A stretch of 64,000 nt of DNA, taken from positions 7,068,001 to 7,132,000 of the forward strand of contig OZ024747.1 in the NCBI GenBank assembly GCA_964016885.1. Direction: 5' to 3'. The notes beneath the pieces are model-generated. The model was not told the origin of the DNA. It did no database searches and was given only the letters and a program-made list of their open reading frames with translations. A program made the translations under genes and the position numbers. This stretch comes from Eledone cirrhosa. Taxonomy: Eukaryota. Of this stretch, positions 14,827-26,899 are shown one piece after another (the stretch's first letter is position 1; each line of letters starts with the position of its first letter).

Positions 14827-15632
14827 AATATATGAACAATCATCTGGTTGTGGAACCAATCAACCAACCAGAAATTTATAAATTCCTAAATTTATAAATT
14901 AAATTTTTAATAAATTGAAGTGAAACAACTGGTGCGTGTGTTTCTTATTGGCAACATGACCCTCCCAAAGCATAACAATATCGGTTTCAACACACGTTTT
15001 CAGATAAAGAATCTTGCTAAACAAATTCAGAAACGAAATATATATATATATATATACCTCAACTTTGCCTAAATATGTCTCTAAAACTTGGAATTGAAAC
15101 CATTGTTTGTATTTGATCTAGTTTAAGCTGTTCGCTTCTAGGAAGTGGTTTAGGGAAATAACTCATACATGCATACATACACCCACACATATACGCGTAC
15201 ACAAACCTACATACAGATAATAAAAATCACGAGCCCCAATCTTTTAAATGAGGTACTTATTTTTTCTGTTAAATTTATATATTCTGCCTTATTATCATGC
15301 CAAACTCTCACATGAGTAGTTCACGTGAAGCAAGCAAACAAGCAAAATGTGTTGAATGCAACATTTTCGCCACTCATTTTCTATCCAGCCTCTGTGAATA
15401 TCTTCTGTGTAGCGCTCCAAATAAGTATATGGACTGTGGGTATGTTATAAAAATACGTTGTTACAATAATACAGAAACGAAACAATGGGCTTCTTTATAT
15501 AATCACTTAACACAATAGCACAGAATTAAAGCAATCTACTGAATAGCATTTTAGAAGATTCTAAACATATATGAGCCATATACTCCAAAGATTACGCCGT
15601 TTGTCTGACTGTCATTTGTCTCCCCGCTCTCT

Positions 15633-15767
<135 letters not shown>

Positions 15768-15780
15768 TATAATAATAATA

Positions 15781-15897
15781 ATTGTTTCTACTTTAGGCAC
15801 AAAGCCAGCAATTACCAGTACATTACTGGTACTTTATTTTATCGACCCCGTAAGGTTGAAAGGCAAAGTTAACCTCGGCGGGATTTGAACTCAGACT

Positions 15898-15899
<2 letters not shown>
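15781..15899 (-). mobile_element. tRNA/Meta SINE, 5'-truncated
   Basis: Shared family motif. Confidence 0.8.
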
Positions 15900-15930
<31 letters not shown>

Positions 15931-15947
15931 TATATATATATATATAT

Positions 15948-16098
15948 AACGAAGGAAGTGTGGTAAGGAATCAGGTGGACCATAACGCACCAGAGTACTC
16001 AATACTTTGGGTAGTAGAGTGGGTAATAGGAAAAGAGTCAGGACCCCGACGGCTGAGCTCCGGCCGTTTCGACAGCTAGATCCGAACCAGCTGTCGGA
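15948..16098 (-). mobile_element. (TA)n-associated short interspersed repeat with hammerhead 3'-half-like end
   Basis: Copies at ~21905-21965, 31175-31375, 40185-40322 and 50495-50633; motif agctgtcGAAACGGCCG. Confidence 0.65.
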
Positions 16099-16334
16099 TA
16101 TATGTATATATATATTGGTAAACGGAAAAGAAAATGCTGACAAATTGTTCACAGTGAAAAATAGTTTAATTAGGAATAAGTGAGAATTAGTAATAGTATT
16201 GGTTAATATTCAGTTTTGGTTTTAAGTTTTACCGGTTGCGCATTTCTAATGCTTTTCAAAAATAATTTTGAGATAGAGCGTCCGTGATGTTTGCTCTAAT
16301 ATATCATAACTTGTGTGTTACACCTCTATTCTTT

Positions 16335-16368
<34 letters not shown>

Positions 16369-16691
16369 ATGTATCTAATGTATCTACCATACAACACTTT
16401 CACATGAAGGTTGTTTCTTTTCTCCCGAACCTCCTTTACTGTAATTGTTATTGTTTAACCCTAGGTCATCTCTGAGTGAGTAGATCTATGATGAACGGTG
16501 CTTCAGCCGTGACTATCCCATCATTTTTAAAATCAAAACGATAGGGTTACGGTTTGAAGGAAGTTTGGTTTCTATTTCTAGCAGGTGTAGCGACCACATA
16601 ATATCGCCCTCGTTAGCTCTTGCTAATGAGGTTATTGATAGGGTGGGGTGGGGTTAGTGGCTATAGGAGTGTTCTGGAGTGTTCTGGTGAT

Positions 16692-18450
16692 GTTAGTGTT
16701 GTTGGTGTTGGTGTTAGTGTTGTTGGTGTTGGTGTTAGTGTTGTTGTTGTTAGTATTGTTGTTGTTGTTAGTGTTGTTGGTGTTGGTGTTAGTGTTGTTG
16801 TTGGTGTTAGTGTTGTTGGTGTTGGTGTTAGTGTTGTTGGTGTTAGTGTTGTTGTTGTTGTTGTTGGTGTTGTTGGTGTTGGTGTTAGTGTTGGTGTTGG
16901 TGTTAGTGTTGTTGTTGTTGGTGTTAGTGTTGTTGTTGGTGTTAGTGTTGTTGGTGTTGGTGTTAGTGTTGTTGGTGTTAGTGTTGTTGTTGTTGGTGTT
17001 AGTGTTGTTGGTGTTGGTGTTAGTGTTGTTGTTGTTAGTATTGTTGTTGTTGTTAGTGTTGTTGTTGTTGGTGTTAGTGTTGTTGTTGGTGTTAGTGTTG
17101 TTGGTGTTGGTGTTAGTGTTGTTGTTGTTAGTATTGTTGTTGTTGTTAGTGTTGTTGTTGTTGGTGTTAGTGTTGTTGTTGGTGTTAGTGTTGTTGGTGT
17201 TGGTGTTAGTGTTGTTGTTGTTAGTATTGTTGTTGTTGTTAGTGTTGTTGTTGTTGGTGTTAGTGTTATTGTTGGTGTTAGTGTTGTTGGTGTTGGTGTT
17301 AGTGTTGTTGTTGTTAGTATTGTTGTTGTTGTTAGTGTTGTTGTTGTTGGTGTTAGTGTTGTTGTTGGTGTTAGTGTTGTTGGTGTTGGTGTTAGTGTTG
17401 TTGGTGTTAGTGTTGTTGTTGTTGGTGTTAGTGTTGTTGGTGTTGGTGTTAGTGTTGTTGTTGTTGGTGTTGGTGTTGTTGGTGTTGGTGTTAGTGTTGG
17501 TGTTAGTGTTGTTGTTGTTGGTGTTGTTGTTGTTTGTGTTAGTGTTGTTGTTGCTGGTGTTGTTGTTGTTGGTGTTATTGTTGGTGTTAGTGTTGTTGTT
17601 GTTGGTGTTAGTGTTGGAGTTAGTGTTGTTGTTGTTGTTGGTGTTAGTGTTGTTGGTGTTAGTGTTGTTGTTGCTGGTGTTGTTGTTGTTGGTGTTATTG
17701 TTGGTGTTAGTGTTGTTGTTGTTGGTGTTAGTGTTGTTGGTGTTAGTGTTGTTGTTGTTGGTGTTGTTGTTGTTGGTGTTATTGTTGGTGTTAGTGTTGT
17801 TGTTGGTGGTGTTAGTGTTGTTGGTGTTAGTGTTGTTGTTGTTAGTGTTGTTGTTGGTGTTAGTGTTGTTGTTGTTGGTGTTGTTGTTGGTGTTAGTGTT
17901 GTTGTTGTTGGTGTTATTGTTGGTGTTAGTGTTGTTGGTGTTAGTGTTGTTGTTGTTAGTGTTGTTGTTGTTGTTGGTGTTAGTGTTGTTGGTGTTAGTG
18001 TTGTTGTTGTTGATGTTAGTGTTGTTGTTGTTGGTGTTATTGTTGGTGTTAGTGTTGTTGGTGTTAGTGTTGTTGTTGTTAGTGTTGTTGTTGGTGTTAG
18101 TGTTGTTGTTGTTGGTGTTATTGTTGGTGTTAGTGTTGTTGTTGTTAGTGTTGTTGTTGGTGTTAGTGTTGTTGTTGTTGGTGTTAGTGTTGTTGTTGTT
18201 GTTGGTGGTGGTGTTAGTGTTGTTGCTGTTGGTGTTAGTGTTGTTGTTGTTGGTGTTAGTGTTGTTGTTGTTGGTGTTAATGTTGTTGTTATTGGTGTTA
18301 GTGTTGTTGGTGTTAGTGTTGTTGGTGTTGGTGTTAGTGTTGTTGTTATTGGTGTTAGTGTTGTTGTTATTGGTGTTAGTGTTGTTGGTGTTAGTGTTGT
18401 TGGTGTTAGTGTTGTTGTTGTTGGTGTTAGTGTTGTTGTTGTTGGTGTTA
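16692..18450. repeat. 1.75-kb compound trinucleotide array (GTT/GGT/AGT)
   Basis: Direct reading; explains the 600-aa low-complexity ORFs. Confidence 0.95.
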
Positions 18451-18694
18451 TATTGCAATTAAAAAGCCATCACACAAAACAAACACTTCTTTCCTTTTCA
18501 GCCCAGTTGGCGTCAGTCCACTCTCCATTTAACTCAGCTTAAAATAACTGTTAACGTATTCTATATGATGTTAGGTCTAATGAGAGGGTGGAGGTGTGAG
18601 TAGTGAGTTGTGTGGAGGTGTAGTGTTTGGTACGTAGGTGGCTGTTGTTGTTGTAGTTGTTGTGGTGGTAGTGGCATTAGTAGAGGGTTGTAGA

Positions 18695-19440
18695 GGTGGT
18701 GGTGACATTACTGGAGGGCTGTTGTGGAGGTGGTGGTATTACTGGAGGGCTGTTGTGGTGGTGGTATTACTGGAGGGCTGTTGTGGAGGTGGTGGCATTA
18801 CTGGAGGGCTGTTGTGGAGGTGGTGGTATTACTGGAGGGCTGTTGTGGAGGTGGTGGTATTACTGGAGGGCTGTTGTGGTGGTGGTGGTATTATTGGAGG
18901 GCTGTTGTGGTGGTGGTGGTATTACTGGAGGGCTGTTGTGGAGGTGGTGGTATTACTGGAGGGCTGTTGTGGAGGTGGTGGCATTACTGGAGGGCTGTTG
19001 TGGTGGTGGTGGTATTACTGGAGGGCTGTTGTGGAGGTGGTGGTATTACTGGAGGGCTGTTGTGGAGGTGGTGGCATTACTGGAGGGCTGTTGTGGTGGT
19101 GGTGGTATTACTAAAGGGTTGTTGTGTATGTGGTGGTATTACTGGAGGGCTGTTGTGGAGGTGGTGGTATTACTGGAGGGCTGTTGTGGTGGTAGTGGTA
19201 TTACTAAAGGGTTGTTGTGTATGTGGTGGTATTACTGGAGGGCTGTTGTGGAGGTGGTGGTATTACTGGAGGGCTGTTGTGGAGGTGGTGGTATTACTGG
19301 AGGGCTGTTGTGGTGGTGGTGGCATTACTGGAGGGCTGTTGTGGTGGTGGTGGTATTACTGGAGGGCTGTTGTGGTGGAGGTGGTGGTATTACTGGAGGG
19401 CTGTTGTGGTGGTGGTGGCATTACTGGAGGGCTGTGGTGG
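18695..19440. repeat. 31-bp G-rich minisatellite, ~24 copies
   Basis: Unit ggtggtattactggagggctgttgtggaggt. Confidence 0.95.
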
Positions 19441-19492
19441 AGGCCGTGGTGTTGCGATGGTCTTCGTGGAGTAGCAGTTGTTTTGTTGTTTT

Positions 19493-20021
19493 GGTGATGG
19501 TGTACGAGGTATACCCATAACTATTTACATAGGTCACAACATTTTTGTAGCTGTGGCACAACTGTAGTTACTGTAGGTCCATTACTGAAGTATAGTAGAG
19601 GACCGGACGCCATGCTTTGTAGCATAGAGTTATGGCCCTTTACGTTCTGAGTTCAAATCCCGCCGAGGTTAACTTTGCCTTTCATCCTTGCGGTGTCGAT
19701 AAAATAAAGCACCACTGGGATAATTGCTGGCCTTGTGCCACATAGAGAAACAATTATTTAGTGAAGGGCGGTGTATTACTGGTACTTTATTTTATCGACC
19801 CCGTAAGGATGAAAGGCAAGTTAACCTCAGCAAGATTTGAACTCAGTCCGTAAAGAACCGTTACTCAATGCTGCAAAGCATGGCGTCCGGTCCTCTACTA
19901 TACTTCAGTAATGGACCTACAGTAACTACAGTTGTGCCACAGCTACAAAAATGTTGTGACCTATGTAAATAGTTATGGGTATACCTCGTACACCATCACC
20001 GATACTGCCAATCCACCGCCA
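19493..20021. repeat. Inverted SINE pair with 127-bp perfect inverted arms
   Basis: 19493-19619 is the reverse complement of 19874-20000; SINE (+) ~19594-19755 and SINE (-) ~19771-20021. Confidence 0.9.
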
Positions 20022-20257
20022 TAATAATATTCGATACGTTTGCAAGTATGCAAACGGCCTCTTAAACCATGTGAGTAGAACAACCTCATCATCCTTGCTC
20101 TTGTCTTGGCATTTAAACAGAACGCCGTTCTCAGATTTATATTTCTTATAGAATTTATATTATCGCTTTTTTATATTATTTATGTTGTAACTTTGTAACT
20201 TTTATTCCAGAACTTTCTGGAAAGTAAGCTGCGAGGTTTTTTTATTCGACTATAACA

Positions 20258-20336
20258 TTTATTTATTTATTCATTTATTTATTTATTATTTATTTATTTA
20301 TTTATTTATTATTTATTTATTATTTATTATTTATTT

Positions 20337-20384
<48 letters not shown>

Positions 20385-20650
20385 TTATTTATATATTTAT
20401 TATTTATTTATTTATTATTTATTTATTTATTTATTTATTCATTTATTTATTTATTATTTTTTTATTATTTATTTATTATTTATTTATTTATTTATTTATT
20501 TTTTATTTATTTATTTATTATTTATTTATTTATTTATTATTTATTTATTTATTTATTTATTATTTATTTATTATTTATTATTTAATATATTTATTTATTT
20601 ATCAGATTTCATTATTATTATCATTTATTTTAATTTATTTTATTTTATTT
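20258..20650. repeat. (TTTA/TTA)n microsatellite
   Basis: Direct reading. Confidence 0.95.
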
Positions 20651-20779
20651 CATTTTTTTTCTAGAAAATGTGACCCGGCTTATTATTCTCTTTTGTGATG
20701 GAGAATATAGAATGTGTCCCGTTAGAGGAGGCTGGCTGCCCACCTGATGTAATTACTTGGTATAATGGCGGGGAGGGGA

Positions 20780-21410
20780 GAGGGTGGTGGGCGTGGTGGT
20801 CGTAGTTATTGTGTTGGTATTAGTAGGGATCACTATGATGATGATGGTGATGATGATGGTAGTGATGATGATGATGGTAACTAAGATGACTATGATGATG
20901 ATGATGATGATGATGATGGTGACTAAGATGACTATGATGATGATGATGATGATGGTGACTAAGATGACTATGATGATGATGGTGATGATGGTGATGATGA
21001 TGGCAGTGATGATGGTGGTGATGATAATAATGATGATGATGATGATGGTGGTGATGATGACAGTGATGATATTGGTGGTGATGATGATGATGGTGAAGGT
21101 GATTATGGTGATGATGATGGTTGTCGTACTGGTAATTGTATTGGTAATAGTAGGATCATGGTGGTGGTGATGGTGGTGGTGGTGGTGGTGGTGATGGTGG
21201 TGGTTAGTGATTGTGGTGATGGCGGTGGTGGTTGTGGTGGTGATGGTGGGAGTGGTTGTGGTGGTAGTGGTGGTGGTGGTGTGAGTGGTTGTGGTGGTGA
21301 TGGTGGTAGTGGTGGTGATGGTGGTGGTGGTGGTGGTGGTGATGGTGGGAGTGGTGGTGGTGGTAGTGGTGGTGGTGGTGGTGGTGGTTAGTGATTGTGG
21401 TGATGGCGGA
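20780..21410. repeat. (GAT)n/(GGT)n compound trinucleotide array
   Basis: Direct reading. Confidence 0.9.
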
Positions 21411-21556
21411 GGCGGAGATAACTATGGCAGATTATTATAAAACCTACAGTTATTTATACTATGACAATAAACCTTCACTTCCAGCCATTCTCATTAGAAG
21501 ACACAATGGAGTGTTTACAAAGGAATTGGGAAATTCTGTGGTTCTTTTTTAGTCAA

Positions 21557-21721
<165 letters not shown>

Positions 21722-21722
21722 T

Positions 21723-21780
<58 letters not shown>

Positions 21781-21794
21781 TAAAAGAGATGGGT

Positions 21795-21867
<73 letters not shown>

Positions 21868-22419
21868 TAGGTACAAATAGGGTGTGGTAAAAAACCATGG
21901 CGCTTCAGTTCGGATCTAGCTGTCGAAACGGCCGGGGCTCATCCGTCGGGGTCCTGAATCTTTTCATAGATAGATAGGTAGATACATAGATAGATAGACA
22001 TGAATAGATAGATAGAAAGAGAGATAGACATGAATAGATAGATAGAAAGAGAGAGAGATTTCACCACAATGGCTAACTATACACACACGATGCCCTGGTA
22101 AGGAGGAGGAGGCGTACAAAAATATTTATTTAATAGAAAATCAAACACGAAAACATAATTTACAGAGTCAATTACGTAAACCTTCCTTGTTCATTATGTT
22201 TTTTTTTTCAGTCAAGTTATGAAGCAAAACTGCTCATAAGGCTGCTGTAATATCTGTGAGGTTTTTCAGGGCTGAATACAGCAATGTCACCGACCCACGA
22301 TTATAAAATAAAGTAGATTTAGGTTCTGTTTAAGTGATATGACCTCGCTAAAAAATGCTATTCTCACTTTGATCTGATCTATACTCACTTAGAAATCGTT
22401 ATACCAACATACCAATATA

Positions 22420-22616
22420 CGGGGTCGGCTGAAAAGTTCATAGGCTGACCAAGATACTCTCATGGAATGACCAAATGAGGTTTATTTTTCAACATAGTCC
22501 CTAGAAAGAAACAATGCAGTTATTAATAAGAAGAGTTGAAATTGATGCATGTAAGATTTCACAGCTCTAGCATCAATGATTTATAGTCAGCCAATGAGTT
22601 TTTCAGCCGACCCTCA
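22420..22616 (+). mobile_element. Mariner-derived MITE
   Basis: TA|CGGGGTCGGCTGAAAAGTTC...TTTTCAGCCGACCCTCA|TA; TIRs plus TA target. Confidence 0.85.
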
Positions 22617-22693
22617 TATGAGTTGACTCCGAGCAATGTTAGCTACTGTTGTTTTTGTTATTCATCGTCCATTTAATCCTGCTTGTCTAGACC

Positions 22694-22815
<122 letters not shown>

Positions 22816-23269
22816 ACACACACACACACACAAATAGAAACAATAAAGAAAAAATACATAGAAAATAACCATCTTATCTGTTAGTTACAGTAGAGTACCC
22901 CCATAAAACGGTTTTAGAAGCCACACACTCCGTTAGATTTTTATGAATGCAATAACCTCGTAGACATTAAACTATTACGTCAGTGATTTAAAAAGACCAG
23001 ACTTCTTTCTCGTTTTGTTTTGTTTATAATATCATATTTCCCAACTAATAAAGTTTCCCCTGGTATATTTTATGTATGTGAAGATATATTAAGTATTTTT
23101 AGATTATTAAATCAAGTAAATTTAGGTTTTATTTAAGTGACATGAGCTCACTAACAGAATCACTATTCTCACTTTGATATGCTCACTTTGAAATCGTTAT
23201 TCTGACTTTGAAGTGACATATGTTCAACTGGAATTACAAATGTCGTGTTTACTGAATCTTGGTGAAACC

Positions 23270-23752
23270 ATCACAGTAGAAAAACATTGCTAAACAAGCA
23301 ACAAAATATACCCGGAACAGTAATGTTTATTTCCAGCATTGGCCAATCGAAGAGCAATTTTCACCATAACAACGCCAAACCACGTGTCACACTGACTGTG
23401 TAGAAATTAAACAAAGTAGGCAGTGAAACTCTACCACAACCAGCATTCGCATCAAACCTCATCCCGACCTTATTACCATTTTTCAAGTACTTCGATAGCT
23501 TCCCGCCAAAAAATAATAATAATAAAAAAAAAATGTCAACACCCAAACATTAGTTAAAAAACCTTCGAAGAGTTCATCACTTTTAGAAGCACAGAATTAT
23601 GTGCCTTCGGAATAAATAAGTGTTTCTTGTTGACAAAAATGGGCAGCAGATCCTTATGATAATTATTTCAGTAATAAAATTTATTTTCAACTGAGATATA
23701 CCACTTTAAAGTTCATGGTTGAAAGATGGAACTATTTTGCATCAGCTTGATA
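23270..23752 (+). pseudogene. Hsmar1-like mariner transposase catalytic C-terminus and 3' TIR
   Basis: FHHNNAKPRV...KLNKVGSETLPQPAFASNLIPT/YYHFFKYFDSF...FEEFITFRSTELCAFGINK aligns by eye to HDNARPH...PHPPYSPDLSPTDYHFFKHLDNF; ends ttttgcatcagcttgaTA. Confidence 0.8.
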
Positions 23753-23776
23753 TGCGATATATATATATATATATAT

Positions 23777-23829
<53 letters not shown>

Positions 23830-23831
23830 AG

Positions 23832-23868
<37 letters not shown>

Positions 23869-23889
23869 CTTTTATATATATATATATAC

Positions 23890-23940
23890 TTTTATCTGAT
23901 GGAAGCGCACCAAAATTGCCTTGAAATATATATAATAAAA
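23890..23940 (+). ncRNA. Degenerate hammerhead motif (A9G core change)
   Basis: TTTTAT-CTGATGG-...-GAAA-T-ATAT-A-TA|ATAAAA; downstream flank shared with the 31961 motif. Confidence 0.5.
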
Positions 23941-24207
23941 TAATTATGGTTTTATAAATATAGTTTCCATTTATTAATATATTGAATATTTACTCCAGTA
24001 AGCTGTTGAGTGCTTTATATTCAGTTATAAAACTTTTAAGCTTGTTGAATCCCAACAAATTAAATATAACTTCTGCATATATATATATATATATATAATA
24101 TGTACACACACATATATATATATATATATAAAGAGGTATAACACTGGAAGGTAATATCCGTAGTGGTAGAGCACTCAGTCCATGGGACGAGTTAGGTAGA
24201 AGTGGTT

Positions 24208-24338
24208 ACACAACAGTTAGTTCACCATACCGAGAACAATTGTTTCACCTTAGCGGATCCTCACCTCGTAATGATTACGAGCTGAAGATCCGCTATGGTG
24301 AAACAATTGTTCTCGGTATGGTGAACTAACTGTTGTGT
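24208..24338. repeat. 131-bp near-perfect palindrome containing two inverted hammerheads
   Basis: Arms mirror around G24273. Confidence 0.9.
24278..24315 (+). ncRNA. Minimal type-I hammerhead ribozyme (AATT loop)
   Basis: CGAG-CTGAAGA-tccgctatggt-GAAA-C-AATT-G-TT|CTCG; the mirror copy at 24231-24268 (-) has a mutated core GTGAGGA. Confidence 0.8.
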
Positions 24339-24895
24339 TACCTCTTATATATATATATATATATATTCACACACAGACAGACACTAGAGCATGCAAACAC
24401 AAATTCATGAATGCACAAAATATGCCAAGGCTGATACTGATGTAATAATGGCTAGCCTAGAAGGTGTTTTGTAACTTTACATACTGCTTCATAAGTACAG
24501 CAAGTTAGATATACATTAATTGGCTATATATCAAATGTATGGAAAGTTTGAGAAATGTTAAAAGTAGGTTGAGTAGGAGGTTTCATAACTACGATGGACA
24601 TGGATAATACTAATACATAAGTACATGAAGAAAAATGGTATAGAAGAAATATAAAATAAAATATTTTTGTAACGACCCTTTACATTATGAGTTCAAATAG
24701 AATAGGCGCAACCGTGATTGGGTGATTATACTTGGCTTGAAACCATATGGAATTTGGTGGTTAGAAAATGTGGAGAAACCAGCCCCCCCCCCCTCCCCAC
24801 ATATATATATATACATGTTTATGCATGTTTATATATATATAAAGATGCATAAACATGCATAAACGTTCCCTCAATCTATCTTATTTCTCATTCTT

Positions 24896-24931
24896 TCTTC
24901 TGATGAAGGACTAGCGTCCGAAATGTTAAGA
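24896..24931 (+). ncRNA. Minimal hammerhead motif
   Basis: TCTT-CTGATGA-aGGACtagcGTCC-GAAA-TG-TT|AAGA; degenerate inverted relative at 25590-25625 (-). Confidence 0.65.
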
Positions 24932-25036
24932 CCCTCTTCCTGCTATATCAAGCGTTAACCTAATATATCCTTTCCATATACTGTACCGATTGTGTTGTTA
25001 TTTCTGTTTACCTTTTACACACACACACACACACAC

Positions 25037-25067
<31 letters not shown>

Positions 25068-25144
25068 TGTATGTATGTATGTATGTATGTATGTATGTAT
25101 GTATGTATGTATGTATGTATGCACATACACACACTCACACATAG

Positions 25145-25205
<61 letters not shown>

Positions 25206-25214
25206 TACACATGT

Positions 25215-25466
25215 AATACTTATGGTCCTGTGAGTGATTTGAGCAAAAAATATTTCAAATTTTCAATGCCGTAGGGACCGCATTAGGTGAAAACCTGCAT
25301 TTTTCCTGCTTTACCGAGTAAAATCTTAAAGATTATCCAGCCATCAGAGTATTCGGTTTATTTTCTTTACATATTGTCCAGGCATTCAGTTTTTCCATGA
25401 TTAGGTCTGTTGGCGGCCCGCGTTCCGAAATACCTTATCCCGTGCAACTCCGAGTACCACTGCTAG
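25215..25466 (+). mobile_element. Helitron 3' end fragment
   Basis: Imperfect hairpin cccgtgcaactccgagtac followed by GCTAG|T; 5' boundary uncertain. Confidence 0.5.
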
Positions 25467-25470
25467 TATA

Positions 25471-25516
<46 letters not shown>

Positions 25517-26794
25517 CACACAACAAAACAAACATGACAGTACAAAACAGAAATATATTAGTTTAATGCTTGATATATTAGGAAAAGGGTCTTTTCGTTT
25601 CGGACACTAGTTTTTCATCAGAAGATAGTATGTGAAATAAAAGATCAAATAAAAATATATAGACAATAAGAAGAGGAAAGAATGGAAAAAATGTTTGAGA
25701 AAAAACACGTGTATTCAGTGAGCCATTTTGGAGAAAAAAATATATCCCCCCCCCCCCCCACACACATGGACACACACACGCCGACAAACACACACACGCA
25801 CACACACACGCAAAGATATAGACAAACACACACACACACAGACACACACACGCGCACATACATAGACAAACAAACACAAACAAACACACACACAATCACA
25901 CATACAGACACACACACAAACAAACAAACCCACACAAACACACACACAAAAACACACAAACAAACAAACCCACACAAACACACACACAAACACACACAAA
26001 CACACACAAACAAACAAACCCACACAAACACACACACACACATAAACACACATACACAAACACACACACATACAAACATACACACACACAGAACACACAC
26101 ACACACAACCACACACACATACAAACATACACACACACACAGAACACACACATACACACACACATGCACTGAGGGAAAGAGAAAAGGAGCGAGAGAGACA
26201 TGAAAAGGCACAACTCGACAACAATAAAAATGGCGGCCTGCCCCCTTCCCAAGATTCCTTGCAAGCAGCCGTAGATAAACATAACGTAGCTCGACTTTAT
26301 GTATATATATTGTTTATATTCTACCAAGAATTATTGACCACATGTGGCGAATGTGATGGTGGAGGTGAGAGTGGTGGTGGTGGTGGTGGTGGTGGTGGTG
26401 GTGAGAGTGGTAGAAAGGTAGTGGGTGGAGTGGGGGGGGGGGCGGTGGTGGACGTGGTGGCGGTGGAGGTGAGAGTGGTAGAAAGGTAGCGGATTGGGGG
26501 GGGGGAGATGGTGTGGAGGTAGTGGTAGTGGTGGCGATGGAGTGGAGGTGATGGAGTGGTGTTGGTGGTGGTGGTAGTGGGGCGAGCTATCTGATTATGC
26601 CCCACCCCGTCAATATTACCGGTACCATCAGATTGTTCCACCTACCCACCCCCACCAGTACAACCAACCACACCAGTGACTACATAATCACTAACTACCA
26701 TCATCCCTACCTCCTCCATTGCTATCGTTATCAGCATCACATTATCGTTAAGATGATTACCAGCAGCAGCAGTAGTAGCAGCAGCAGTAATAGT

Positions 26795-26829
<35 letters not shown>

Positions 26830-26899
26830 TAGCATCATGATCATCAACAATAACAACAACACAGTCAGTAAGAACAAGAATCCCTTTCCTCGCATATTC

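Larger units (their letters stand above)
14509..14980. mobile_element. Fold-back (inverted) Penelope-LTR-like element carrying two hammerheads
   Basis: Arms mirror around G14721, flanked by (TA)n; same family at 39354-39580 and 50134-50493. Confidence 0.7.

Noticed and set aside
16620-18542. 600-640-aa ORFs (poly-V/L, N/T-rich) as mucin- or antifreeze-like genes
   Set aside because: Open in several frames and on both strands only because the GTT/GGT/AGT array lacks stops; no unique domain, signal peptide or splice support
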